The position numbers were made by a program, and so were the translations under genes. Of a stretch of DNA of 64,000 nucleotides, positions 53,442 to 64,000 are shown one piece after another (within the stretch, counting starts at the first letter, position 1; every line of letters begins with the position of its first letter). The stretch is taken from positions 474,035-538,034 of the forward strand of contig CAWFKH010000006.1 in NCBI GenBank assembly GCA_963816355.1, given 5' to 3'. This DNA is from an uncultured Gemmatimonadales bacterium. Lineage in GTDB: Bacteria > Gemmatimonadota > Gemmatimonadetes > Longimicrobiales > RSA9. The notes below the pieces were generated by a model, which made no database searches, was not told the origin of the DNA, and saw only the letters and a program-made list of their open reading frames with translations.

Positions 53442-53840
53442 GTGACCGGCCGCATCCGCGTCCGATCCGAGCAGCGCGAGCAGCTCCTCGACATCACGGC
53501 GGCCGTGCGGCGGTGGCTGCGCGAGAACGCCGCCGGCGAGGGGCTGCTCCGCCTGTGGGCGATGCACACGACGTGCGGCCTCGTCGTCAACGAAGGCGCC
53601 GATCCGGACGTCGCGCGCGACATCGTCGCGACGCTGCGTCGCCTGCTCCCCCACGCCGGCGACTACCGCCACGCAGAGGGCAACTCGGACGCCCACCTGA
53701 AGACGCTCCTGTGCGGCCCCGGCGAGACGCTGATCGTCCAGGACGGCGACCTCGTCCTCGGCACCTGGCAGCATCTCTTCCTCGCCGAGTGGGACGGCCC
53801 CCGCGAGCGCACCATCGCGCTGGCGTTCGTCCCGGCCTAG
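53442..53840 (+). CDS. yjbQ: YjbQ (UPF0047) family protein
   Basis: [36 protein letters not shown]. Confidence 0.9.
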   Translation: MTGRIRVRSEQREQLLDITAAVRRWLRENAAGEGLLRLWAMHTTCGLVVNEGADPDVARDIVATLRRLLPHAGDYRHAEGNSDAHLKTLLCGPGETLIVQDGDLVLGTWQHLFLAEWDGPRERTIALAFVPA

Positions 53841-54086
53841 GGCGCCGCCGCTCCCGCGCCGAGTCCGCGTCGGTGCGTGTCGTCCGGCCGAACGGCGCCG
53901 CGGACGCACCCGGACCCTTTGCCCCGGACGGGGGTCTCAATCCCGCCGCGAAAGCGCAGCGGGCCGCGGAAGACCGCGGGCCGCCGAAGACCGTGGGGCG
54001 CCGGTCCGTTCTCCGGCGAGCCGCGCCGCGCGCGACGGTTGCTCCATGCCCCCTGAGCTGCATACGGACCCTGTGATCCGCATACG

Positions 54087-55940
54087 ATGATCCGCAACAT
54101 CGCCATCGTCGCACACGTCGACCACGGCAAGACGACGCTCGTCGACAAGATGCTCCGCCAGGCCGGCACGTTCCGCGAGAACCAAGCGGTCGAGGAGCGG
54201 GTCATGGACTCGAACCCGCTCGAGCGCGAGCGCGGCATCACGATCCTCTCCAAGAACACTTCCGTGCGCTGGGGCGGCCACAAGATCAACATCGTCGACA
54301 CCCCCGGCCACGCGGACTTCGGCGGCGAGGTCGAGCGCATCCTGCGCATGGTGGACGGCGTGCTCCTGCTCGTCGACGCGGCCGAGGGCCCGATGCCGCA
54401 GACGCGCTTCGTCACCCGCAAGGCGCTCGCGCTCGGGCTGCAGCCGATCGTCGTCATCAACAAGGTCGATCGCGTCGACGCCGACCCGCTCCGCGTCCAC
54501 GACGAGGTGCTCGAGCTCTTCCTCGAGCTGGAGGCGACCGAGGCGCAGCTCGACGCGCCGTTCCTCTACGCGTCCGCGCGCGACGGCTGGGCCTCGCGCG
54601 AGCTGGACGACGAGCGCCGCGACCTCACGCCGCTCTTCGAGACCGTCCTGCGCACCGTGCCGGCCCCGCCCTCCGAGCGCGGCGCGCCGTTCCAGATGCT
54701 CGTCTCGACGATCGACCATTCCCCCTATCTCGGCCGCCTCGCCATCGGCCGCATCGAGCGCGGCACCGTCCACGTGGGCGACCCGATCGTCCTCCTGCCG
54801 CCGCTCGCCGCGCCCGCGGCCGCGACCCCGCCCGCCGCGTCCGCAGCGGAGGGCCGCGTCGCCAAGCTCTTCGCCTTCGAAGGCCTCGAGCGCTCCGAGG
54901 TCGACGACGCCGGCGCCGGCGAGATCGTCGCGCTCGCCGGCCTCGAGGGCGTCGAGATCGGCTCGACCGTCGCCGACCCCGAGGCGCCCGAGCCGCTCGC
55001 CGGCATCGCCGTCGAGGAGCCGACCGTCTCCGTCGACTTCATGGTGAACAAGTCGCCGTTCGCGGGGAGGGACGGGAAGTACGTCACCTCGCGCCAGCTC
55101 CGGGAGCGGCTGATGCGGGAGCTGCAGCGCAACGTCGCGCTGCGCGTCGAGGACACGGCGTCGCCCGACACCTTCACCGTTTCCGGACGGGGCGAGCTGC
55201 ACCTCGGCATCCTGATGGAGACGATGCGCCGCGAGGGCTACGAGTTCGCCGTCTCGCGCCCCCGCGTCATTACCCGCCGCACCCCCGCCGGCGAGTTGCT
55301 CGAGCCGTACGAGGAGCTGACGATCGACGTGCCGGAGCGCTTCGTCGGCGTCGTCATCGAGTCGCTCGGGCAGCGCCGCGGCCAGATGCTCGAGATGCGC
55401 AACGCCTCCGCCGGCACGACGCTCGCCGGCCTCGTTCGCCTCACCTACCGGATCCCCGCCCGCGGCCTCTTCGGCTATCGCGGCGATTTCCTCACCGACA
55501 CCCGCGGCGAGGGGCAGCTCCACCACCGCTTCCTGGAGTACGGCCCCTGGGCCGGCGAGCTGCGCAGCCGCGAGCGCGGCGTGATGGTCAGCATGGTCGA
55601 CGGCACGTCGGTCGGCTACGCCCTCTTCAACCTGCAGGAGCGCGGCACCCTCTTCATCGGACCCGGCGTCGACTGCTACGAGGGCATGATCGTCGGCGAG
55701 AACGTGCGGCCCGGCGACATGGAGGTGAACGTCGCCAAGGGCAAGAAGCTGACGAACATCCGCGCCTCCGGCTCCGACGAGAACATCATGCTCGAGCCGC
55801 CGCTGCGCGTGACGCTCGAAGCCGCCCTCGAGTTCATCGAGGAGGACGAGCTTGTGGAGATCACCCCTGCTGCGATCCGGCTGCGCAAGCGGCATCTCAA
55901 GGAGCATGAGAGGAAGAAGGCGGCGCGGCGGGTGGGGTAG
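54087..55940 (+). CDS. typA: Translational GTPase TypA/BipA
   Basis: [48 protein letters not shown]. Confidence 0.96.
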   Translation: MIRNIAIVAHVDHGKTTLVDKMLRQAGTFRENQAVEERVMDSNPLERERGITILSKNTSVRWGGHKINIVDTPGHADFGGEVERILRMVDGVLLLVDAAEGPMPQTRFVTRKALALGLQPIVVINKVDRVDADPLRVHDEVLELFLELEATEAQLDAPFLYASARDGWASRELDDERRDLTPLFETVLRTVPAPPSERGAPFQMLVSTIDHSPYLGRLAIGRIERGTVHVGDPIVLLPPLAAPAAATPPAASAAEGRVAKLFAFEGLERSEVDDAGAGEIVALAGLEGVEIGSTVADPEAPEPLAGIAVEEPTVSVDFMVNKSPFAGRDGKYVTSRQLRERLMRELQRNVALRVEDTASPDTFTVSGRGELHLGILMETMRREGYEFAVSRPRVITRRTPAGELLEPYEELTIDVPERFVGVVIESLGQRRGQMLEMRNASAGTTLAGLVRLTYRIPARGLFGYRGDFLTDTRGEGQLHHRFLEYGPWAGELRSRERGVMVSMVDGTSVGYALFNLQERGTLFIGPGVDCYEGMIVGENVRPGDMEVNVAKGKKLTNIRASGSDENIMLEPPLRVTLEAALEFIEEDELVEITPAAIRLRKRHLKEHERKKAARRVG

Positions 55941-56104
55941 GGAGGGGGCGGGCGCGTGGGTGGTGGAGAGCGGTCTGGGGTCTGCGGAGGGGGTCTGCGG
56001 GGGGTGTGGGGTACGGGGGTCTGCGGGGGGTACGGGGGTCTGCGGGAGGTACGGGGGTCTGCGGGGGGTACGGGGGTCTGCGGGAGGTATGGGGTCTGCG
56101 GGGG
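55933..56104 (+). repeat. G-rich dispersed repeat, copy 2, with internal ~19-bp tandem units
   Basis: Same core as 10893, followed by repeated GGTACGGGGGTCTGCGGGR units. Confidence 0.85.
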
Positions 56105-56182
56105 CGGCGCCGCTCTTGCATGGGCGCGGGGTGGTGCGCGGGCGGGGGGTGATCGCTCGAGGGGGCGCCGCCTACGAAACTC

Positions 56183-56210
56183 TTGACACACGTCGGGAGG
56201 CGCGTACCTT
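56183..56210 (+). promoter_or_regulatory. Sigma70-type promoter for the acidic small protein
   Basis: TTGACA-16 nt-TACCTT. Confidence 0.55.
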
Positions 56211-56253
56211 GGCCGCGTTCGCACTTGGGTCCTTCGTCTCACCGGAATCGGGG

Positions 56254-56496
56254 ATGTCTCCACTCATGTTCGCCCTGCACGACGACGCCGCGCCGAGCCA
56301 AGCCGTCCTGGCCGAGGATGTCGACTTCCTGCCGCTTCTCGCCGTCGGTGACGACGACGAGGAAGAGTGGGACGAGGAAGAGGACTGGGACGACGAGGAC
56401 GAGGATTGGGACGAGGACGACGACTGGGACGACGACGACTGGGACGACGACGACGAGGAGGACGAAGAGGAGGGCTGGGAGGAAGAGGAGGAGTGA
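56254..56496 (+). CDS. Small, extremely acidic protein with a Trp-punctuated D/E tail (76-80 aa)
   Basis: MSPLMFALHDD...LAVGDDDEEEWDEEEDWDDEDEDWDEDDDWDDDDWDDDDEEDEEEGWEEEEE; mixed synonymous codons (GAC/GAT, GAG/GAA); upstream promoter. Confidence 0.6.
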   Translation: MSPLMFALHDDAAPSQAVLAEDVDFLPLLAVGDDDEEEWDEEEDWDDEDEDWDEDDDWDDDDWDDDDEEDEEEGWEEEEE

Positions 56497-56589
56497 GCTC
56501 CCCCTTCTGCTGAGCGGTGCTCCGCGCGTCGCTCGCGTCGGCGCGGAGAGAGAGGTACAGCGAGAGCGCGCGCGACCCGCCATGAGACC

Positions 56590-56618
56590 TTGACGGGTCG
56601 GGCGCGCTTGGCTATCCT
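56590..56618 (+). promoter_or_regulatory. rRNA promoter
   Basis: TTGACG-17 nt-TATCCT, about 205 nt upstream of the 16S gene. Confidence 0.7.
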
Positions 56619-56646
56619 AAGTGTCCTGTCGATGGAATCGGCAAAC

Positions 56647-56658
56647 CGCTGTTTGACA
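56647..56658 (+). promoter_or_regulatory. boxA-like antitermination site
   Basis: CGCTGTTTGACA resembles rrn boxA (TGCTCTTTAACA) and sits in the leader. Confidence 0.45.
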
Positions 56659-56822
56659 ATCGAGGTCGGGTAGATCTGTGTGGGCTCCGAGCCGCGGGTG
56701 CATCTTCCCGCGGGTACGTGCCGAAGGGCCGGGTGGTTCGGCGGCACGCGGAGACGAGAAAGATGAATTGTGATTCTGAACGTCAACGGAAGTTGGTGTT
56801 TGGACAGAGCTAGAGGACTTTC

Positions 56823-58381
<1,559 letters not shown>

Positions 58382-58519
58382 GGAGCACGCGAGTAGGAGC
58401 CGCGGCCGGGCCTCGCGCCCGCGCCGTCGAGAGGCCGCTGCCCTCCGGGGCTCGCTTCCTCCTCGCTCCGAAAACCGCTCTCAGGTCGCACCACACAGAT
58501 CTCCCGATCACGATTGCAT

Positions 58520-58552
58520 GAATGCCTCACCGGCCTGGCCGGTGAGGCATTC
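58520..58552 (+). terminator. Strong hairpin closing the 16S transcription unit
   Basis: GAATGCCTCACCGGCC-T-GGCCGGTGAGGCATTC, a 16-bp perfect inverted repeat. Confidence 0.65.
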
Positions 58553-58612
58553 TCCGTAATGTGGATACGTCCATGCGGTCCGGTGGACCCCGGACCGGCT
58601 GCCGCGGTCGAT

Positions 58613-58646
58613 CGGTCTGCGGTCTGCGGAGGGGGTCTGGGGAAGG
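58613..58646 (+). repeat. G-rich dispersed repeat, partial copy 3
   Basis: CGGTCTGCGGTCTGCGGAGGGGGTCTGGGG. Confidence 0.7.
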
Positions 58647-58685
58647 GTTGGCGGTACACGGTCGCAGGCGCGCCGCGCCCTCACC

Positions 58686-58806
58686 CCCGCGGTCCAATTC
58701 CCGCAGCCCGATCCCGCAGTTGAATCCCGCAGTTGAATCCCGCAGTCCAATCCCGCAGTCCAATCCCGCAGTTGAATCCCGCAGTCCAATCCCGCAGTCC
58801 AATCCC
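58686..58806 (+). repeat. 13-bp tandem repeat array (~9 units) upstream of lhr
   Basis: CCCGCAGTTGAAT and CCCGCAGTCCAAT variants, contiguous, no spacers. Confidence 0.9.
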
Positions 58807-58846
58807 AAGCGGACCCGCCCCGCCCCAACGCGTGTACACCCTTCCC

Positions 58847-61800
58847 ATGTCCCTCGCCCGCTTCCATCCCGTCGTCCGCCGCTGGTTCGACGACCACTTC
58901 GCCGCGCCCACGCCCGCGCAGGCGCGCGGCTGGGCGGCGATCCGCTCCGGTCGCGACACGGTGATCGCGGCGCCGACCGGCTCCGGCAAGACGCTGGCGG
59001 CGTTTCTCACCGCGATCGACGACCTGCTGTGCGAGGGCGTCGAGCGCGCGCAGCCGGCGGCGCGGGAAGCGGCGGACGAACCGGAGCGGGGTGGCGCGGC
59101 GTCGAGCGGCGACGCCGCCACGATCGATGCGGCCGCCGCGCTGCCGGACGAGGTGCGCGTCGTCTACGTGTCGCCGCTGAAGGCGCTCTCGGCGGACATC
59201 CACCGCAACCTCGCGGAGCCGCGGCGCGAGATCCGCGCGCTGGCGGAGGCGGCGGGAGTGCCGCCGGTGCGGATCACGGCGGCGGTGCGGACCGGCGACA
59301 CGACGCAGGCGGAACGCGCGGGCATGCTGCGCACGCCGCCGCACATCCTGGTCACCACGCCGGAGTCGCTCTACCTGCTGCTGACGGCGGAGCGCGGCCG
59401 GGCGATGCTGTCAACGGCGCGCACGGTGATCGTCGACGAGATCCACGCGGTGATCGAGTCGCGGCGCGGCGCGCACCTCGCGCTCACGCTCGAGCGGCTG
59501 GACCATGTGGCGGGGCGGCGGCTGCAGCGCATCGGGCTGTCGGCGACGCAGCGGCCGATCGAGGACGTCGGCCGCTTCCTGGTGGGCGGGCGCGAGCCGC
59601 CGGCGATCGTCGACGAGGGCCACGTGCGGGATCTCGACCTGGCGCTCGAGGTCACCGGCTCGCCGCTCGAGGCGGTGATGCCGGCGGAGGCGTGGGATGA
59701 GGTCTACGACCGCCTCGCCGGCCTGATCCGCGCGCACCGCACCACGCTCGTCTTCGTGAACACGCGGCGCCTCGCCGAGCGCGCGGGGCTGGCGCTGGCG
59801 GAGCGGCTCGGCGACGAGGTCGTCGCGTCGCACCACGGCAGCCTGTCGAAGGAGCGCCGGCTGGAGGCGGAGGATCGGCTGAAGCGCGGCGACCTGCGCG
59901 CGCTGGTGGCGACGGCGTCGCTCGAGCTCGGCATCGACATCGGCCACGTCGACCTCGTCTGCCAGATCGGCTCGCCGCGCCGCGTCGCCACGTTCTTGCA
60001 GCGCGTCGGCCGCTCCGGCCACACCGTGCGCGGCACGCCGAAGGGCCGCCTGTTCCCACTCTCGCGCGACGAGGCCGTGGAGTGCGCGGCGCTGCTCCGC
60101 CTGGTGCGCCGCGGCGAGCTCGACCGCCTCGTGCCGCAGCGCCGGCCGCTCGACGTGCTCGCGCAGCAGATCGTCGCCGAGACCGCCGCCGAGGCGTGGG
60201 ACGAGGACGCGCTCTTCGACCTCGTGCGCCGCGCCACGCCGTATCACGACCTCGAGCGCCGCGCGTTCGACGACGTCGTCGACGTGCTCGCGCGCGGATT
60301 CGCCACCCGCCGCGGGCGGCGTGCCGCGCTCGTGCACCGCGACGCCGTCAACCGCCGCGTCCGCGGCCGCCGCGGCGCGCGCATCGCCGCGCTCACCTCC
60401 GGCGGCGCGATCCCCGACAACGCGGACTTCCGCGTCGTCGTCGAGCCGCAGAACACCTTCGTTGGCACCGTCAACGAGGACTTCGCCGTCGAGAGCATGC
60501 CGGGCGACGTCTTCCAGCTCGGCAACGCTTCCTGGCGCATCCTCAAGGTCGACCCGGGCGTGCTGCGCGTCGCCGACGCGGAGGGCGAGCTGCCGAGCAT
60601 CCCGTTCTGGCTCGGCGAGGCGCCCGCGCGCAGCGACGAGCTGTCGGCCGCCGTATCCGAGCTGCGCGGCGACGTCGACCGGCTCCTAGGCGAAAGGGCA
60701 GGGGAGGAGGCGAGGGGGCGCGCGGGTCCCGCGGCGCGCGTCGTCGCATGGCTCGTCGAGGAGGCCGGCATTCCGGCCGCGGCCGCGGAGCAGATCGTCG
60801 AGTACCTGGCCGAGACGCGGCGGCTGCTGGGCGTCGTGCCGACGCAGGAGACGCTCGTGCTCGAGCGCTTCTTCGACGACTCCGGCGGCATGCAGCTCGT
60901 GTTGCACGCGCCGTTCGGCGCCCGCGTCACGCGCGCCTGGGGCCTCGCGCTGCGCAAGAAGTTCTGCCGCACCTTCAACTTCGAGCTGCAGGCGGCGGCG
61001 ACGGAGGAGGGGCTGCTGCTGTCGCTCGGGCCGCAGCACTCCTTCCCGCTCGACGACGTCTTCCGCTACCTGCGCCCCGCGACCGCCCGTGACACGCTCG
61101 TCCAGGCGGTCCTCGACTCGCCGATCTTCCAGACGCGCTGGCGCTGGGCGACGACGATCTCGCTGGCCGTGCCGCGCAGCCGCTCCGGCCGTCGCGTGCC
61201 GCCGCCCCTCCAGCGCATGCTCGCCGACGACCTCCTCGCCGCCGCGTTCCCGGACGCCGCCGCGTGCCTCGAGAACGTGGCCGGCGACCGCGAGGTGCCG
61301 GACCACCCGCTCGTCGCGCAGGCGGTGCGCGACTGCCTCGAGGAGGCGATGGACCTGCCCCGCCTCGAGCGCATCCTGGACGACGTCCTCGCCGGACGCG
61401 TGAGCTGCATCGCCCGCGATGTGCCGGAGCCGTCCGCCGCGTCCGCGCAGATCGTCAACGCCCGCGTCTACGAATTCCTCGACGACGCGCCGCTCGAGGA
61501 GCGTCGCACGCAGGCGGTGCGGACCCGCCGCGCGCTCGAGCCGAGCGCCGCCGCCGACCTCGGCGCGCTCGACGCCGCCGCGATCGCGCGCGTCCGCGAC
61601 GAGGCGCGGCCCGACCCCGCCGACGCCGACGAGCTGCACGACGCGCTGATGTCGGGCGGCTTTCTGACGGAGGCCGAGGTCGACGCGCGCGCGGACGCCG
61701 GGGGCGACGGGCCGGGCGACGGGCCGGACATGCACGCGCTGTTCGACGAGCTGGCGCGGTCCGGACGCGCGGCGCGGGTGCGGGCCGGCGCGGCGCGGGT

Positions 61801-63622
61801 GCGGCCCGCGGCGCAGGTCCTCCACGTCGCGACGGAGCGGCTGCTCGAGGTGCTCGCGGTGCACCCGGACGCGGCGGTCGAGCCGGCGGCGGCGCTCGAC
61901 GCCGCAAGGCGGATCGACGCGGCCGCCCGCGCCGCCGCCGGCGCCGTGGAAGCGGACCCGCGCGAGGACGCGATCCGCGACCTGCTGCGCGGCCGGCTCG
62001 AGTGCCTCGGCCCCACGACCGCCGCGGAGCTGGCCGTGTCGCTGGGCGTCGCCCAGGCGGACGCGGAGCGCGCGCTCGTAGCGCTCGAGGCGCGCGGCGT
62101 CGTACTGCGCGGACACTTCACGCCGAGAGGGACGGCAGGATCGAGCGCGACACCGCCACGCGGAGATGGCGCCGGAGCCGCGTCCGGGGCATCCGCGCGC
62201 GCCGCGTCCGGGGCACCCGCCGGCGTCGAATGGTGCGACCGGCGCCTGCTCGCGCGCATCCACCGCTACACGCTCGACCGGCTGCGGGCGGAGATCCGTC
62301 CCGTCGCGCCCGCGGACCTGATGCGCTTCCTCTTCCGCTGGCAGCGCGTCGAGCCGGGACACCGGGCCGAGGGGACGGAGGGCGCGGCCGCCGTCGTCGA
62401 GCAGCTCGAGGCGTACGAGCTGCCTGCCGGCGCGTGGGAGGCCGACGTCCTGCCCGCCCGCATCGACGGCTACGGCCCCGAGCTGCTCGACGCGCTCTGC
62501 CTGAGTGGCCGCGTCGCGTGGGGGCGCCTCTCGCCACGCGACGGGAACGGCGCCGCCGCGGGCCCGCTGCGGTCCTCGCCGACGGCGCTGATGCTGCGCG
62601 AACGGGCGGCCGTGTGGCTGAGGGGTCGGCGCGCCGACGGCGCCCAGCCGCCGGACGAAATCGACTCCGCGCCGGGCGACGGCGCGGGGGCGTCCGTCGC
62701 GGGCGGCCTCTCCTCGCCCGCCCGCCTCGTCCTCGATTGCCTCGCCACGCGCGGCGCGTGCTTCTTCGGCGAGATCACCGCCGCGAGCGGCCTCCTTCCG
62801 ACGCAGGCCGAGCAGGCGCTCGGCGAGCTGGTCGCTGCCGGCCGCGTCACCGCCGACAGCTTCGCCGGCCTGCGCGCGCTGCTTACGCCGTCGCAGAAGC
62901 GGCCCGCGCTCGGCGCCGGGGCAATGGCCGGCGGCGCCGTCGCGCCCGGCGGGACCGGCGACGGCACGCGTCGGCGCCGGCGCCGCCGTCCGGACGCCAG
63001 CCGCTACGGCGTCGACACCGCCGGCCGATGGTCGCTGCTCCACGCGCCACGAGCCGCAGACCCCGAAGCGGCGGTCGAGGCGTGGGCGCGGACGCTGCTG
63101 CGCCGCTACGGCGTCGTCTTCCGACGCCTCCTCGCGCGCGAGTCCGGTGCGCCCCCCTGGCGCGAGCTGCTGCGCTGCTACCGGCGCCTGGAGATGCGCG
63201 GCGAGGTGCGAGGCGGTCGGTTCGTGGAGGGGTTCTCCGGCGAGCAGTTCGCGCTCCCCGAGGCGGTCGGCATGCTGCGCGCCGTGCGCCGGGAGGCGCC
63301 CGACGGCCGTCTCGTCGGCATCTCCGCCGGCGACCCGCTGAACCTCGTCGGCGTCACGTCGCCCGACGAGCGCGTTCCCGCCACGGCGACCAACCGCGTC
63401 GTCTATCGCGACGGCGTGCCGGTCGCGGCGCTCGAGGGCGGCGAGGGGCGGCCGTTGACGGGCTACGACGTGGGCGCGGAGCGGGCGATCCGGCGCGCGC
63501 TCGTGCGGCCGCCCGTGGCGCCGGCGCTGCGCGGGTACCTCAAGAGGGGGCGGAGGGCGCGGAGGCGGGAGGGGACGGAGAGCGCGGAGACACGGCTCGT
63601 CACGGAGGATCTGAGAGTCTGA
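58847..63622 (+). CDS. lhr: Lhr-family large ATP-dependent helicase (core + C-terminal winged-helix/glycosylase-like domain)
   Basis: APTGSGKT, SPLKALSADI, TTPESL, DEIH, GLSAT, HHGS, QRVGRSGH, PFWLGE, VRGGRFVEGFSGEQFA. Confidence 0.93.
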   Translation: MSLARFHPVVRRWFDDHFAAPTPAQARGWAAIRSGRDTVIAAPTGSGKTLAAFLTAIDDLLCEGVERAQPAAREAADEPERGGAASSGDAATIDAAAALPDEVRVVYVSPLKALSADIHRNLAEPRREIRALAEAAGVPPVRITAAVRTGDTTQAERAGMLRTPPHILVTTPESLYLLLTAERGRAMLSTARTVIVDEIHAVIESRRGAHLALTLERLDHVAGRRLQRIGLSATQRPIEDVGRFLVGGREPPAIVDEGHVRDLDLALEVTGSPLEAVMPAEAWDEVYDRLAGLIRAHRTTLVFVNTRRLAERAGLALAERLGDEVVASHHGSLSKERRLEAEDRLKRGDLRALVATASLELGIDIGHVDLVCQIGSPRRVATFLQRVGRSGHTVRGTPKGRLFPLSRDEAVECAALLRLVRRGELDRLVPQRRPLDVLAQQIVAETAAEAWDEDALFDLVRRATPYHDLERRAFDDVVDVLARGFATRRGRRAALVHRDAVNRRVRGRRGARIAALTSGGAIPDNADFRVVVEPQNTFVGTVNEDFAVESMPGDVFQLGNASWRILKVDPGVLRVADAEGELPSIPFWLGEAPARSDELSAAVSELRGDVDRLLGERAGEEARGRAGPAARVVAWLVEEAGIPAAAAEQIVEYLAETRRLLGVVPTQETLVLERFFDDSGGMQLVLHAPFGARVTRAWGLALRKKFCRTFNFELQAAATEEGLLLSLGPQHSFPLDDVFRYLRPATARDTLVQAVLDSPIFQTRWRWATTISLAVPRSRSGRRVPPPLQRMLADDLLAAAFPDAAACLENVAGDREVPDHPLVAQAVRDCLEEAMDLPRLERILDDVLAGRVSCIARDVPEPSAASAQIVNARVYEFLDDAPLEERRTQAVRTRRALEPSAAADLGALDAAAIARVRDEARPDPADADELHDALMSGGFLTEAEVDARADAGGDGPGDGPDMHALFDELARSGRAARVRAGAARVRPAAQVLHVATERLLEVLAVHPDAAVEPAAALDAARRIDAAARAAAGAVEADPREDAIRDLLRGRLECLGPTTAAELAVSLGVAQADAERALVALEARGVVLRGHFTPRGTAGSSATPPRGDGAGAASGASARAASGAPAGVEWCDRRLLARIHRYTLDRLRAEIRPVAPADLMRFLFRWQRVEPGHRAEGTEGAAAVVEQLEAYELPAGAWEADVLPARIDGYGPELLDALCLSGRVAWGRLSPRDGNGAAAGPLRSSPTALMLRERAAVWLRGRRADGAQPPDEIDSAPGDGAGASVAGGLSSPARLVLDCLATRGACFFGEITAASGLLPTQAEQALGELVAAGRVTADSFAGLRALLTPSQKRPALGAGAMAGGAVAPGGTGDGTRRRRRRRPDASRYGVDTAGRWSLLHAPRAADPEAAVEAWARTLLRRYGVVFRRLLARESGAPPWRELLRCYRRLEMRGEVRGGRFVEGFSGEQFALPEAVGMLRAVRREAPDGRLVGISAGDPLNLVGVTSPDERVPATATNRVVYRDGVPVAALEGGEGRPLTGYDVGAERAIRRALVRPPVAPALRGYLKRGRRARRREGTESAETRLVTEDLRV

Positions 63623-63713
63623 GGGCTTGGAGGGCTTGGAGGGCTCGGAGGATAGTGTGATTTCGGGTTCGTCGTGAGGGGTGCGGGCCCGGAATCGGGC
63701 GGCATCGTCGCGG

Positions 63714-63742
63714 TTGCACCGAAGTCGGTTTTCGGCTAGACT
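63714..63742 (+). promoter_or_regulatory. Sigma70-type promoter of tRNA-Ile
   Basis: TTGCAC-17 nt-TAGACT followed by a GC-rich discriminator. Confidence 0.65.
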
Positions 63743-63765
63743 TTCGGGCTCCGGAAGACCGGATG

Positions 63766-63839
<74 letters not shown>

Positions 63840-63850
63840 TTACACCTAGC

Positions 63851-63888
63851 GCAAGGCGCCGCCACGGCGTACGTGGTCGGCGCCTTGC
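63851..63888 (+). terminator. Hairpin downstream of tRNA-Ile
   Basis: GCAAGGCGCCG...CGGCGCCTTGC inverted repeat. Confidence 0.45.
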
Positions 63889-64000
63889 CGCGTTCAGGGC
63901 CGGCAGGGCCGTTAGCTCGGGCGTTCGGCGGCACCTTGAGAGCGCGGTACCGATTCTCGGGAGGGACCTGACATGGAAGCTGCGATCCGCGCAGGTCGCA

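Noticed and set aside
56653..56682. Second rRNA promoter from TTGACA at 56653
   Set aside because: No -10 at 16-18 nt spacing; the sequence is better explained as boxA plus the processing stem.
58686..58806. Possible CRISPR array (also considered for 29387-29487)
   Set aside because: Units are 13-18 bp and contiguous, with no unique spacers and no cas genes.
63621..63650. 9-bp repeat GAGGGCTTG x3 after lhr
   Set aside because: Too short to support a function; consistent with general slippage repeats.

Overview
High-GC bacterial chromosomal window. The 16S signatures and gene content suggest Gemmatimonadota (inference). Most of it is housekeeping or envelope genes: uvrA, gyrA (split by a 1-nt frameshift), metG, ricT/yaaT, accA, dnaE, fadJ, fabI, typA, lhr, many peptidases, three DsbA-like proteins and VKOR. 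The first ~8.4 kb look like a regulated surface module. It holds a SARP/BTAD activator, a subtilase-PKD lipoprotein, a DsbA lipoprotein and a 1125-aa Cys-rich CnaB/SpaA-like repeat lipoprotein. The leader of that large gene carries a c-di-GMP-I riboswitch, downstream of a promoter with 11-bp-phased GTGACG repeats. Other notable items: a stand-alone 16S rRNA gene (no 23S; tRNA-Ile lies 5.4 kb away with its own promoter) with a C1192U-equivalent change; a small Trp-punctuated poly-acidic protein just upstream of rrs; a dispersed G-rich repeat family; a catalytically degenerate IS1595-like element; and an M24 pseudo-peptidase. All calls come from reading the sequence by eye; no searches were run.
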